NCBI GenBank assembly: GCA_051531975.1
Contig: JAOPTT010000009.1
Span: 416,001-480,000 of the forward strand
Origin: Spirochaetaceae bacterium
GTDB lineage: Bacteria; Spirochaetota; Spirochaetia; DSM-2461
Direction: 5' to 3'
Length of the DNA stretch: 64,000 nucleotides
The notes beneath the pieces are model-generated. The model saw nothing but the letters and a program-made list of their open reading frames with translations, was not told where the DNA came from and did no database searches. Each line of letters starts with the position of its first letter. Positions within the stretch are counted from its first letter, which is position 1. The translations under genes and the position numbers were made by a program. Positions 38,552 to 50,100 of this stretch are shown here, in pieces.

Positions 38552-40465
38552 ATGATTAAGATCTACAGTTTTTCCAGAACATTTTTGGCTGCTATTATAA
38601 TTCTCTGCCTTTTGGTCACAGTAATGGTTTATTACAATATTCAATCAACTAAAGTACAAAAACTAGCACTTAAATCAATGACTTTACTATCAGACTGGAA
38701 TAAATTAGAGAATCGGACAAATCGTATTTTACTAAGCCGCTTCACTGTTACTGATAAATTAACTCATCCACTTATTGAAACATGGAACATAGAATATGAA
38801 GAATTTTCTGAGTCTCTAGAAGAGTTAAGTACAAATAGACAGATTAGTCGCTGGAATCAATTAGAGAAGCAAATAAGTGGAGCTACTCGGGTCTGGAATT
38901 ATACAAGGGTTCAGTTAAATAATGCAAATAATTATCTTAATAAAATAATTCAGAGTGGTCTTGGTGAAAAAGTTATGGTAAATGGATTTTTGCATACCAT
39001 GTACAAGTTACGGATGGATAAACAACTCACTAATAGTGAGATTTTCCTCCTCGATGATACTTTGTTTGCACTTGAGTCTCTTGATAATGCCACAGATGAG
39101 TTCGATATATTATTTAGTGAAATAGTAAATGATTTGAAGGAAACAGGGGAGCTATATCTAAATAGAATACGGTTTATTATTTTTGGTTTTTTCAGCATGG
39201 CAATTATAACTCTAACTCTATCTGTATTAATAAATAGGCAATTAAAAAGAGCTCAAGAAAATAGATCTTTATATTTAAAACGTCAAAAAGAGTCACTTTT
39301 ATTAGGTATCTGTGAAAATAGTAGTTTTGAAAATATGGATCAATTTAATAACAAAAGTAAGGATTTAGGAATAGAATTATCTCTTGAAAAGCCTATTCTA
39401 CCTATACTATTACAAATTGATGATTATTCTAGATTTTCACACAACCTTAATATCGGTGAACAGAATAAGGTAATAGAAAATTTGACCAAAAGTTTGGGTT
39501 TATTCCTGGTTAATGAGAACATGATAAGTGAAACATTTATATATAGAAAAGATCTCATTGTTATACTGTCAAATCCCCCTTTTTTAGAAGAGAATGATAA
39601 ATTTCTAGAAAAAATGAAATCTAATCATGATTTGTTAATTAGAAAAAGTATGTGGTCTTTTACAATGACTGTTGGATCTATTAATAATGAAGTTATAGAT
39701 TTGGATAATGATTTTAAAGATATTCTTGAAATATCTGAATACAGATTTCTCTTAGGTAAGGGAGCTTATATAACTTCAGGTTCATCAAAGTTAATAAGCC
39801 ATAAGAAATTTAACTATCCTAAAGATAAAGAGCGATTATTTAAAGAATCTATCAACTCCCTGGGATTAGATTCTACATTAAAAATCCTAGATGAGATTAT
39901 AGATTATGGTTCAGCATATGGACCAAGGAATATGAGACGGCTATTTCTTAGGTTAACAGCAGCTCTTACCTCAACCGTGGAAGATCTAGAACAAAAATAT
40001 CATATTTCGACTATCAATGAAGTAATACCAATGATACTTCAAGTCCAAAACCCAGAGAATGTTAGTGGGGTAAGGGATATTCTGGTGGAAATTATAAAAC
40101 AGATTATTAATTCCTGTCTTAATCAAAAAGAAGATAAACATGATCAAAATGTAATACAGATCAGAGAAATGATATTTAATGAGATGAAAGACTTAAATCT
40201 TTGTGCTGATAGCATCGCAGATAAATTCAATCTTACAACATCCTATATAAATCGCCTTTTTAAACAACATAATTCATATAGTATTGCTGGTTATATTAAT
40301 AAAGTCCGTCTTGATTGTAGTGAAGAGTTATTAAGATGTACTGATAAAAACGTATCAGAGATTTCAGAACTGTCGGGATTTGCCAGTTCTGGGACATTTT
40401 TCCGTCTATTTAAAAAAAAGTATGGCCGTACTCCAAAAGAATACCAGAGAGAGATTAAGCTTTAA
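38552..40465 (+). CDS. Transmembrane AraC-family regulator (TM-periplasmic domain-TM-cytoplasmic domain-AraC HTH)
   Basis: Two hydrophobic segments flanking a ~180-aa loop; C-terminal YINRLFK...VSEISELSGFASSGTFFRLFKKKYGRTPKEY. Confidence 0.85.
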   Translation: MIKIYSFSRTFLAAIIILCLLVTVMVYYNIQSTKVQKLALKSMTLLSDWNKLENRTNRILLSRFTVTDKLTHPLIETWNIEYEEFSESLEELSTNRQISRWNQLEKQISGATRVWNYTRVQLNNANNYLNKIIQSGLGEKVMVNGFLHTMYKLRMDKQLTNSEIFLLDDTLFALESLDNATDEFDILFSEIVNDLKETGELYLNRIRFIIFGFFSMAIITLTLSVLINRQLKRAQENRSLYLKRQKESLLLGICENSSFENMDQFNNKSKDLGIELSLEKPILPILLQIDDYSRFSHNLNIGEQNKVIENLTKSLGLFLVNENMISETFIYRKDLIVILSNPPFLEENDKFLEKMKSNHDLLIRKSMWSFTMTVGSINNEVIDLDNDFKDILEISEYRFLLGKGAYITSGSSKLISHKKFNYPKDKERLFKESINSLGLDSTLKILDEIIDYGSAYGPRNMRRLFLRLTAALTSTVEDLEQKYHISTINEVIPMILQVQNPENVSGVRDILVEIIKQIINSCLNQKEDKHDQNVIQIREMIFNEMKDLNLCADSIADKFNLTTSYINRLFKQHNSYSIAGYINKVRLDCSEELLRCTDKNVSEISELSGFASSGTFFRLFKKKYGRTPKEYQREIKL

Positions 40466-40466
40466 A

Positions 40467-41327
40467 CTAACTTCTTTTTCTAGTAAATGATGGAGTACAA
40501 GTATATTTTCTCTTGTAAATTCTAGCAAAATAATTACTATTACAAAAACCTGTTAACTCGGGAATTGTTGTAATAGGTAGGTTAGTTTCTTTTAACAAAA
40601 AATTCGCCTTTTCAAGTCGTAGCTCTGTAATGTATTCAATAAGTGTAGTTCCTGTATAAGATTTAAATATTCTGCAAAAATGCTGATTACTCATATTTGA
40701 TAATGTAGCCATATCGTTTATTGTAATTTTTTCGCTATAATGATTAGAAATGTATTTAACTACTGATTTCATTTTAATAACTACCATATTTTCTTTTGGA
40801 GATAATTCTTTTTCTAGATTCTTGAATGTTCGTTTTATATTTGTAAAGAACTTACATATTTCCATTTTAAGCAGCAGTTCAAATCCAATGTTTCTTCTAT
40901 TATTCTCCACAATAATATTTTCAATTAATTGTCTAAATTCTAGATAAGTTTGGCTATTAGAATCGATATATATTGGGGTCTGTATCATCTTGGTTATAAA
41001 TGGAGTGACTATAGTATTAAAATGTTTATCATTTTTCATAGAATCAAAAAGGGATGAACCAACTACCATAGCGTAATATTCCGCAGTTTTATCGGCTATA
41101 TAGCAGTGGAGAGAATCCGGTGGAATAAACAATATATCACCCTTATTACACTGTATTACATCACCATCAATATAAACCGAACAAGACCCCTTTTTTAGAA
41201 AAAATATCTCACTGTGATTATGCCAGTGTGCAGGGGTATCTAAGTTTTTAATTAAAAATAGTTTAAAAGGAAAATCTTCACTTTCCAATCTAGGTTTTTC
41301 ATGGTTTCCAATTCTAACAAAATCCAT
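40467..41327 (-). CDS. AraC-family regulator with cupin sensor domain
   Basis: PAHWHNHSEIFF, GDILFIPPDSLH, HFCRIFK, GFCNSNYFARIYKR; divergent from GH31. Confidence 0.92.
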   Translation of the reverse strand: MDFVRIGNHEKPRLESEDFPFKLFLIKNLDTPAHWHNHSEIFFLKKGSCSVYIDGDVIQCNKGDILFIPPDSLHCYIADKTAEYYAMVVGSSLFDSMKNDKHFNTIVTPFITKMIQTPIYIDSNSQTYLEFRQLIENIIVENNRRNIGFELLLKMEICKFFTNIKRTFKNLEKELSPKENMVVIKMKSVVKYISNHYSEKITINDMATLSNMSNQHFCRIFKSYTGTTLIEYITELRLEKANFLLKETNLPITTIPELTGFCNSNYFARIYKRKYTCTPSFTRKRS

Positions 41328-41441
41328 ATGGTTTCCTTTAACATTTCTAGGTGTATGTTCAGATAAGACATATATAAGTTCATATTATATATATTATACT
41401 AGAATATTATCTTTTACTATCTATGTATTATTCATATTAGA

Positions 41442-43883
41442 TTGTTAAAGGAGTTTTCAGTGTTAGTGGTTAACAAAGGTCCCCAGAGTGTAATAACTAA
41501 AATAATTAAAACAGATAGTAGCTTAATTTTGTATTCAGATGCAGGGAATATGAAGCTAGAACCTAAGTCAGATAATATTATACGAATTATATATACATTA
41601 GAAGATTCCTTTAACGATCAACAAAGCCCAGGGACTGTTGAAATACCAGAATTTAAATTTTGGTCTTATAGTGAAACTGAATTAGACATCATTGTATACA
41701 CAGCACTTATACAACTTGTCATAAATAAAAAAACAAGTGCATTCACCTACTATAATAGCAATGGTGAATTGTTAACTAAAGAGTCAAAAGTAGGTGGAAA
41801 GCAACTTATACCTTATAATGCATATAGATCAAACCTCGATAAAAACAGCATAATTGAAAAAATAGAAACACCTGATGGTATTAAGGAAGTGATAATAGAT
41901 TCTGAAAAAGAGTTTTATAAAAAGCTTAATCATACACGTTTAACATTTGAATGGGCTGATGATGAAGCCCTTTATGGTATGGGTCAACACGAAGAAGGTA
42001 TATTAAACTTACGTGGTTATAGGAAATATATACATCAAGCAAATATGAAAATTGCAATTCCATTTTTTGTCTCAACTAATGGGTACGGAATATTGATGGA
42101 TACTTATTCCCCTGTAATCTTTAATGATAATGAATATGGCTCCTATCTCTACAGTGAGGCTGTTGAAGATCTCGATTTCTATTTTATCCTGGGTGATACA
42201 TTTGATAATATTATTAGTGGTTATCGGTATATAACTGGTAGTGCGACAATGTTACCAAAGTGGGCATTTGGTTATTTTCAATCTTTAGAAAGATATGAAA
42301 CTCAGGAAGAGATCATAAAAACTGTTCAGGAATATCAAAAAAGAGAAGTCCCACTGGATTGTATAGTTCTTGACTGGCAATACTGGGATGAAGGAATGTG
42401 GGGACAAAAATCTTTTAATGAAGAACGTTTCCCAGATCCTAAGAAGATGACAAATACACTTCATAGTATTGGTGTGCATCTAATGATTTCAATGTGGCCA
42501 ATTATGTTTAATAAGTCTGAAAATTATAATGAAATGAAGAATGTTGGTGGACTGTTCCAGCATTCAGAAATATACAATGCTTTTAATTCCGATGCTCGAG
42601 ATCTTTACTGGAAACAAGCAAATAGTGGACTCTTTTCCAAAGGTATTGATGCCTGGTGGTGTGATGCTAGTGAACCTTTTTCTCCTGAATGGAATAACCC
42701 TATTAAGCCAGAACCGGATCAAAATTATATGGAATATCATAATACTGCAAAAAATTATATTAACGAAGAATATACAAATGCTTATCCTCTTTTCCATGCT
42801 AAAACAATATTTGATGGCCAAAAAAGTACTACGGTCGAAAAACGTGTAATTAATCTTACTAGAAGTGGATACACCGGGCAACAGAGGTATGGAACAATTT
42901 TATGGTCTGGGGATATTAGTGCAAACTGGAAGACTTTAAAAAATCAAATCCCCGAAGGTTTAAATATCAGTGCCTCGGGGATGCCATATTGGACGTTAGA
43001 CATTGGAGGTTTTTTTGTAAAGCAAGGAGATATGTGGTTTTGGGATGGTGATTATGAGGATGGGTGTGAAGATTTAGGTTATCGTGAATTATATACAAGA
43101 TGGTTACAGTTAGGAACTTTTCTACCAATTTTTCGCTCTCATGGTACAGATACCCGACGAGAAATCTGGAACTTTGGGGAAAAGGGGGAACTCTTTTACG
43201 ATACTATTCATAAGTTCATAAATTTAAGGTATGAACTGTTACCATATATATATTCTATGGCCGGTATGGTTACTTTACGGGATTATACTATTATGCGTCT
43301 ATTAGCTTTTGAGTTTAATAATGATCCCGCTGTATATAATATCAGCGATCAGTATATGTTTGGACATGAACTTATGATCTGTCCTGTTACAGAACCTATG
43401 TACTATGTTTCTAATTCCACACCTCTTACTGGAGTTAATCAAACAAGAGAAGTTTATTTACCACTAGATTGTGACTGGTATAATTTCTGGACACTTGAGA
43501 AACATAAAGGAGGTAAATACATTACAGCAAAAGCACCATTAGACATAATGCCAATATTTGTTAGAAGTGGATCTATTATTCCTATGGTAGAAGTCTCAGT
43601 AAATAGTGCTTCAAGTTGTGATAAAGAGATAAAACTGAATATATATCCAGGAGCTGACGCTTCATACAGCTTCTACCAAGATGACGCTGATAATTATAAT
43701 TACGAAAAAGGGGAATATTCCATAATAGATATGTTTTGGAATGATAAAGACGAAACATTAACAATTGGAAATAGGACAGGGTCTTTCAAGACTATGGAAA
43801 AAGAGATATTAATGACAATAGTAATATTAGGTAAGGTTACTTCGACATTGACATATAGAGGCCGTGAAATTGTCTATAAGTAA
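41442..43883 (+). CDS. Glycoside hydrolase family 31, alpha-xylosidase-like
   Basis: LPKWAFGYFQS, PLDCIVLDWQYW, nucleophile AWWCDASEP, acid/base LWSGDI, YTRWLQLGTFLPIFRSHG. Confidence 0.9.
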   Translation: MLKEFSVLVVNKGPQSVITKIIKTDSSLILYSDAGNMKLEPKSDNIIRIIYTLEDSFNDQQSPGTVEIPEFKFWSYSETELDIIVYTALIQLVINKKTSAFTYYNSNGELLTKESKVGGKQLIPYNAYRSNLDKNSIIEKIETPDGIKEVIIDSEKEFYKKLNHTRLTFEWADDEALYGMGQHEEGILNLRGYRKYIHQANMKIAIPFFVSTNGYGILMDTYSPVIFNDNEYGSYLYSEAVEDLDFYFILGDTFDNIISGYRYITGSATMLPKWAFGYFQSLERYETQEEIIKTVQEYQKREVPLDCIVLDWQYWDEGMWGQKSFNEERFPDPKKMTNTLHSIGVHLMISMWPIMFNKSENYNEMKNVGGLFQHSEIYNAFNSDARDLYWKQANSGLFSKGIDAWWCDASEPFSPEWNNPIKPEPDQNYMEYHNTAKNYINEEYTNAYPLFHAKTIFDGQKSTTVEKRVINLTRSGYTGQQRYGTILWSGDISANWKTLKNQIPEGLNISASGMPYWTLDIGGFFVKQGDMWFWDGDYEDGCEDLGYRELYTRWLQLGTFLPIFRSHGTDTRREIWNFGEKGELFYDTIHKFINLRYELLPYIYSMAGMVTLRDYTIMRLLAFEFNNDPAVYNISDQYMFGHELMICPVTEPMYYVSNSTPLTGVNQTREVYLPLDCDWYNFWTLEKHKGGKYITAKAPLDIMPIFVRSGSIIPMVEVSVNSASSCDKEIKLNIYPGADASYSFYQDDADNYNYEKGEYSIIDMFWNDKDETLTIGNRTGSFKTMEKEILMTIVILGKVTSTLTYRGREIVYK

Positions 43884-44014
43884 TTAAAGGTAATTATTCA
43901 AAATGATGACATACCTAAAGAAAGTTATAAAATTACCTAAATAGGTATATAAACAGACTATTTAGCATTTACAAACCCCACTAATAGTAATTATTATTAG
44001 TAGGGAAGTATTAA

Positions 44015-45025
44015 ATGTCAGAAACTATAAAATTTTACCGCATACAGGTTAAAAATACTATTCTCAAAAAATTGAATGCAAGAAGTAACCTTCGGGGTTT
44101 GATTCAAACTCTATCAATACTTCTTGTTTATCTATTAACAACAATGGTTAGTCTATATTTTTTCATAGTGGAAGAGTGGATATTCATGTTTATTGCATTA
44201 TACATTCATTCTATATTTAGTAATTTCCTAGGTGAGGAGTCATCAGTACACGAGCTTAGTCATAAAACACCATTTAAAACTAAATGGCTTAATGAATCTT
44301 TTTATAATCTGTTTTGTTTCCTTACATGGAATAATCCGATTCATTTTAGAAAGAGTCATAAACGTCATCATCAATTTACACTGTTCCAAGGCAAGGATAA
44401 AGAAGCTGTTCTTAAACCTCCAGCATTTAATATACTAGATTATATTAGCTGGTTTTTGTTTGATTGGAAAAAGTTTAAATGTCTTATGATATGTAACCTT
44501 GCCTTATTATTAGGCAGAGATCAAACTGACTTTTTTTCATGGGATCCACATTTTAATAAAGATAACACCAATAGAAAAAAGATGATAAACTGGGCAAGAT
44601 TTCAATTTATTGGACATCTTATACTTATATGCCTTTTTATATATTTGGATCTTTTTGTATTAATATATACAGTATCTTGTAGTTACTTCTTTGTAACATT
44701 TCTCAGTAATTCATGTGTTGTCTCACAGCACACTGGGCTTGGGTCAAATATTCCCGATTTCAGGTTATCCTGCCATACCATTATCTTTAATCCGTTTATG
44801 GCATTCTTTTATTGGAATATGAATTACCACATTGAACATCATATGCATGCTTCAGTCCCGTTTTACAATCTAAAGAACCTTCACAAAGAACTAGCTCATG
44901 ATATGCCTACACCTGTTCAGGGATACGGGACAGGTATCAAAAACATTTTAGGATATGTTAAAAAGCAAAAAACTGATCCTGATTGTGTCTATACTCCTGA
45001 ATTACCCACAAGAAAAGAGAGTTAA
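44015..45025 (+). CDS. Membrane fatty-acid desaturase/hydroxylase superfamily protein
   Basis: Three His boxes HELSH, HKRHH, HIEHH followed by VPFYNLKNLH; TM segments. Confidence 0.85.
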   Translation: MSETIKFYRIQVKNTILKKLNARSNLRGLIQTLSILLVYLLTTMVSLYFFIVEEWIFMFIALYIHSIFSNFLGEESSVHELSHKTPFKTKWLNESFYNLFCFLTWNNPIHFRKSHKRHHQFTLFQGKDKEAVLKPPAFNILDYISWFLFDWKKFKCLMICNLALLLGRDQTDFFSWDPHFNKDNTNRKKMINWARFQFIGHLILICLFIYLDLFVLIYTVSCSYFFVTFLSNSCVVSQHTGLGSNIPDFRLSCHTIIFNPFMAFFYWNMNYHIEHHMHASVPFYNLKNLHKELAHDMPTPVQGYGTGIKNILGYVKKQKTDPDCVYTPELPTRKES

Positions 45026-45141
45026 ATGTCAAAATATTCATATTTTATGTTTATAGAATGTATTTACATCGTATTAAGTTTGCTTCCATTAATAATAATT
45101 GTTATAATCTATAGTGTAGGTTTAAATATTAACCTATACAT

Positions 45142-45873
45142 TTGGAGTTTGTTATGAGAAATAGTTTTTTACGATATATAATCGTTTTATCTATATTTAT
45201 GATCTCTTCAGTAATCTTTGCACAGACAAAGAAGATTGAAGTTACTGCAATTGAGGGGTCAGCTTTTACTAACTACGCCTATGAAGTATTAAAAGAAGCT
45301 TATTCTAGAATTGATATGGAATTAACAATAACAGGATTACCTGCAAAAAGATCCTTAATTGTATCTAATTCAGGTGTCGATGCCGATGGAGAACTTTTTC
45401 GAATTAGTGGTATTGAAAAAACTTATACAAATTTAATGCCGATAGAGATACCGCTAATATTGTCTGAATGGCAGGTTTATTCCATGAATTATGATTTTGA
45501 TGTAAAAGGTTGGCACAGTTTAAAACAATATACCATTGGAGTTCGCCGGGGTATTGCCACAACTGATAATGGCACAGAAGGAATGGACACTCAAAAGGTA
45601 AATAGTAACGAACAACTATTTAGTATGTTAAAATATAACAGGGTTGATGTTGTTGTATTATCAAAAATTAATGCAGTAAAAGTATTACGGAATTTCCTGG
45701 ATCTTGATGTTAAATTGCTAAATAAACCGGTTCAAGTTATACCTGTTTACCATTATCTGCATAAAAAAAACAGAGATATTATTCCAACACTTACTGCAGC
45801 TATGAAACAGATGGAAGATGAAGGTATAATAAAACAAATCCTCGAAAAACATTGGTCATTATTAACACAATAA
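45142..45873 (+). CDS. Periplasmic substrate-binding protein, family 3-like (likely start ATG 45154)
   Basis: Signal peptide; LKEAYSRI, LPAKRSL, DGELFRI, LFSMLKYNRVDVVV, YHYLHKKN. Confidence 0.8.
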   Translation: MEFVMRNSFLRYIIVLSIFMISSVIFAQTKKIEVTAIEGSAFTNYAYEVLKEAYSRIDMELTITGLPAKRSLIVSNSGVDADGELFRISGIEKTYTNLMPIEIPLILSEWQVYSMNYDFDVKGWHSLKQYTIGVRRGIATTDNGTEGMDTQKVNSNEQLFSMLKYNRVDVVVLSKINAVKVLRNFLDLDVKLLNKPVQVIPVYHYLHKKNRDIIPTLTAAMKQMEDEGIIKQILEKHWSLLTQ

Positions 45874-46028
45874 GTATTTGCAAAGCAACTTAATAATTAA
45901 CAAATGAGGATTAAACGAAACTAAGAATAATATTTTTTCCGAAGTTCATGGAACTACAAGAATCCCTATAAAAGTTAGCTAACAGAAGCATTCTAATTAA
46001 GTAGAATCCCATATTCACCAAATATTAT

Positions 46029-47183
46029 ATGATATTATTTAATTTTTTTTGTACATCTTTTGAATTAGTTAAAGTAATGTATTATAATTTTAATATGAAG
46101 CTTAATTCCTTAAAAATAACTACAACTATAATAATATTGATTTCAGTAATTTTACCATCAATAATTGTCTCACAATATCTTCTATCATCTATTAGAAAGA
46201 CGATAAAAAAAGAAGCTTATAACGAAGTTTCAAGGGTCAGAGATGAGAAAATAAATCAAATAAAAGATTTTTACTTTCAGGAATTCCATGATATTGAAAA
46301 AATTATCTCATACATATCTATAACTGGAGATGATATTAATAATAAGGATATGAAATACCTGCTTGATTTCCAACCTAATATTAAACAGGTAGTTCTTTAT
46401 GATTATAATTTTAAACCACTTATAAATGTAAGCAGAGAGGGGTTCCTCAAATTAGATTCAATATCTGAGCAAATAAGAATTACATTACAAAAGAATTTTT
46501 ATTTTTCAAAATATTTTCTTAAGAATATCGTACTTCCTGACAATAGTAGTGAATTAGCTTTTTTCTATAAAGATATTATTACAGACCAATATCTATCGAT
46601 GAGCCTAGAATACAGTTATTTAGATAAGTATATTAAAGAAATCGGACCGATAATTATAGACATTTACAATGATAATAGTCAGATCGTTTCATCGTCTAGG
46701 GAAGAGTATGACTCAAGAAAAGTTATTAATAACCCTATAGTTGAGAAAATGAAATTAGGTTTAAGTGAAAATGTACTGTATAAAAGATATTACCAGAGTT
46801 ATAGTCACATTGATATTGGAGGAGAAAGTCTATATGTAAATGTTTCAATCCCAAAATCCTTTGTAGAAAATAAGTCCAAGTACCTAAATACCTATTTAAT
46901 TATAATTTACTTTATATATCTACTGTTTTCGTTACTTATTAGTTCACTTTTGGTTAGATTTTTCTATTCAATAAAAGAGTCCGAAATAAGATCCGAAATA
47001 TTCTCAAATCGTTTCAGTTTTTTTTATAGATTAAAAAACTCATTAAGTTATATTGATAAGAAGTTTGTCGAAGTTCAAAGACTTAATAAGGCTATTAATT
47101 ATTTTAAAAACGATATCTCAATAATACTTCAGGATATACCTAATAAGAGTGAAGATGATGAAGAAACAGAGCTGGATAAATAA
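46029..47183 (+). CDS. Membrane protein with Cache-like periplasmic domain and short cytoplasmic tail (likely start near MKLNSL)
   Basis: TM, ~240-aa loop (IDIYNDNSQIVSS), TM, ~70-aa tail with no kinase/MCP motif; overlaps next gene. Confidence 0.55.
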   Translation: MILFNFFCTSFELVKVMYYNFNMKLNSLKITTTIIILISVILPSIIVSQYLLSSIRKTIKKEAYNEVSRVRDEKINQIKDFYFQEFHDIEKIISYISITGDDINNKDMKYLLDFQPNIKQVVLYDYNFKPLINVSREGFLKLDSISEQIRITLQKNFYFSKYFLKNIVLPDNSSELAFFYKDIITDQYLSMSLEYSYLDKYIKEIGPIIIDIYNDNSQIVSSSREEYDSRKVINNPIVEKMKLGLSENVLYKRYYQSYSHIDIGGESLYVNVSIPKSFVENKSKYLNTYLIIIYFIYLLFSLLISSLLVRFFYSIKESEIRSEIFSNRFSFFYRLKNSLSYIDKKFVEVQRLNKAINYFKNDISIILQDIPNKSEDDEETELDK

Positions 47184-50100
47184 AAACTTCTATATTTATA
47201 GATATGATCTATTTTCTCTATTAATAGTTTTCTCATTAATTGCTTGGTTTTTCAGTCCAATGTTACAACAGGGGCATATTGTTTTTAGTGATCTTGATTT
47301 TCCATTAGATTCAAAAAGGTATTTAGAAGAGATACTTGGATTATGGAATAATAAATGGAATACACCAACAATTCTAAATCTTCCAAGGATTTTTTCTATT
47401 GCAATACCATACTTCTTTTCAACCTTAAATGGACACAGCGGTACGGTTCTTATTAAGACGTTTATATTAATGAATATTTATATAAGTAGCTTCACTATAT
47501 ATCTATTTGCTAAATCAATTTTAAGAATATATCTTGGGCCCAAAAATACTCTGTTTAAGCTTATTGCTATATCAACTGGATCTTTATTTTATGCAATTAA
47601 TCCGTGGGTTATATATAGAATCCAACACATATATCTCCTGTGTGGGTATAGTCTACTTCCATTAGCCTTAATGCTATTTTTAAAAATATTTGATCCTAAG
47701 TTTCAAGAAGTTGTAATTCCAAATTATTCAGTATTTAGGATTAAGCTATATAGAAAAAATATCGTTCATATTGGTGTATTAGCTATAACAATATCAGTTA
47801 TGTCTGCGGCTATTCACTACTTTTTTTATACACTAATTTTATTTGCTTTGTTATGGGTTCTACTTTTAGTAAAACAAATTCTACTTAATAGATGGGCAGG
47901 ATCATATTTAAAAAGGGCTATAACATATAATTTTTTCTTAAAAGGTTTTCTATTAGGAATAATAACTTTAATTTTTTGTTATTATTGGTTTTCTGTATAT
48001 CTTGGAAGTATTCTAATTGATGCTCAGTCATCACAGAATAATATAAATGTAGTTGATACGCTTGCACTTTTTAGCAGGTTTAGTTCCATCGATAAGTCAT
48101 TATTAATGATCAGTTACTGGTGGCCAATGTTTGATCTATCAACACTTAATATTCAATTTTATATTGGTGGTATCATACTTCTTCTTGTTATAGGTATTGG
48201 AGTTTTCTTTTACATTAGAAAAAACCATTTACTGCTTTTTCTTTTTATACTAACTGCTCTTTTTTTACTTTTTAGTACAGGTACTACATTGCCTTATTTT
48301 GGAGAATTATTTATTAAACTGGTAATGGATGTTCCTTTTTTTGGTAATCTATTCAGAGATCCTAATAAACTAATAGGAATAGTAGCTATTGGTTACAGTA
48401 TCTTTCTCATTTTTGGTGTAGAAAAAATATTTAGTATTAATATAAAAGGGGTAAATTTAAGTTATTTTATTAAAAGTACACTGTTTCTTGTAATTATAGC
48501 CTCATTTATATTATATATATCACCATTTAGAGAGAGATTTATAAACGGATTTTATTATCCAGTTAACGTTCCAAATGAATATACCGAAGTACAAAAAGAA
48601 TTTATACCAAGTGATAAAAGAGTCTTAAATTTCCCTGTTTCTGGTAATATGTTACAGACCAGTACCGGGTTTACAACATTAGATTGGAACAATAATCCCG
48701 ATGATTTTGGTGAAGATAAAGCTACTGCCGATTTCTCTATTTATCAATCTACAAAAAATACAATCTTCCATCATGAAGGTTCTGATACAAGCATTAGTTA
48801 TTATATAAACTTTCTACAATATATACTTGATCGGGGGTTAACCCAAGACTTTGGATCATATTTAGAACCGCTGGGGGTTGATGAGTTCGCATATGGAACA
48901 GGTTTTTTAGGTCAAAATTATCGACAAAGTTTTAACCTAGATGTTTTAAATTTTCAGAAAGATATCTCTCTACATTATAAAAATAGATACTTCAGTTTAT
49001 ACCAATTAGATAATACACCAGAGGTTGAAGGTGATGTTGATAGCATTTTATATACATCTAAGGGATTTCATTCTATATCATCTATATCCCTTATACCTGG
49101 CTTTACATACGAGAAAATGGGTATTGTTTATAATTCACAGAGAAAGGGGAATCCACTACTTAATATTCGTAATAGTGATTTAATTGAGACTACAACATTT
49201 GATGAACTTTTATTGGCCTCGTTACCTGAAAAATATTACTTATCTCCTGCAAAATATGTACGGAATGGTAACCCATTTTTAGGTTGGTCACAGTCTGCAA
49301 TACATACCTCGGACTGGCTTTGGCATCTTCAATCCCAAAACATAAAACCTTTAAGATTTGATATGAGTTTTCAGTCTGGACTAGCCCTATCTTTTTCCTC
49401 AATTAAGCTGGATATACCAGTTCATAAAAAAAGTAGAGTAAAGGGTAAAGAATATATTGATTTTGAGACATTTCTCTATGAGGGATATAATTTTACAACT
49501 GATAATAACTCAGCAATAGAAATTGAGACTTATCCTCTATCGATAGATCGAGAGTTACCTCTTGTACACGGGATAATTTCAAAAGGGCAAAATTATAACA
49601 TATGGCAGGTTGCTAAAAGTGGCTATATGCCTGCAGAACCTGAAGTTCCTTATCAGTTTTTTTTAACAATATCTGGTAAAGGTACAAACAAGATGCATCT
49701 TAAGGCAAAATTCTATAATAGTCATAATGAAGAAGTTGGGACTGCTTATATTTTGACTCCTGAAAACAGTGTCAATTTTGAATATTTTAATTTTTTCGGT
49801 GAATATATTACACCAAAAGATACGGCATTTGTAAGAATAGATATTCTCAGTTTTAGTAGACCCGAGCAGAATACCCATTGGTGGATACATGATTTCTCAA
49901 TTATAGAACTATCAGAATATAGTGCACCTAATAGGATAACTATAGATTATACACCAGATAATAAGGATGAACTTATACCTTTTGTAAGGATGTTTTTCTC
50001 CCCTGAGGGAGGTGAAGTTTCGATTTCATTAGGAGATAAAGAGACTTTAATAAATACTAAGAAGTATGATTTTAGTGGTTTCTTGTGGCAGAGACTGGAA

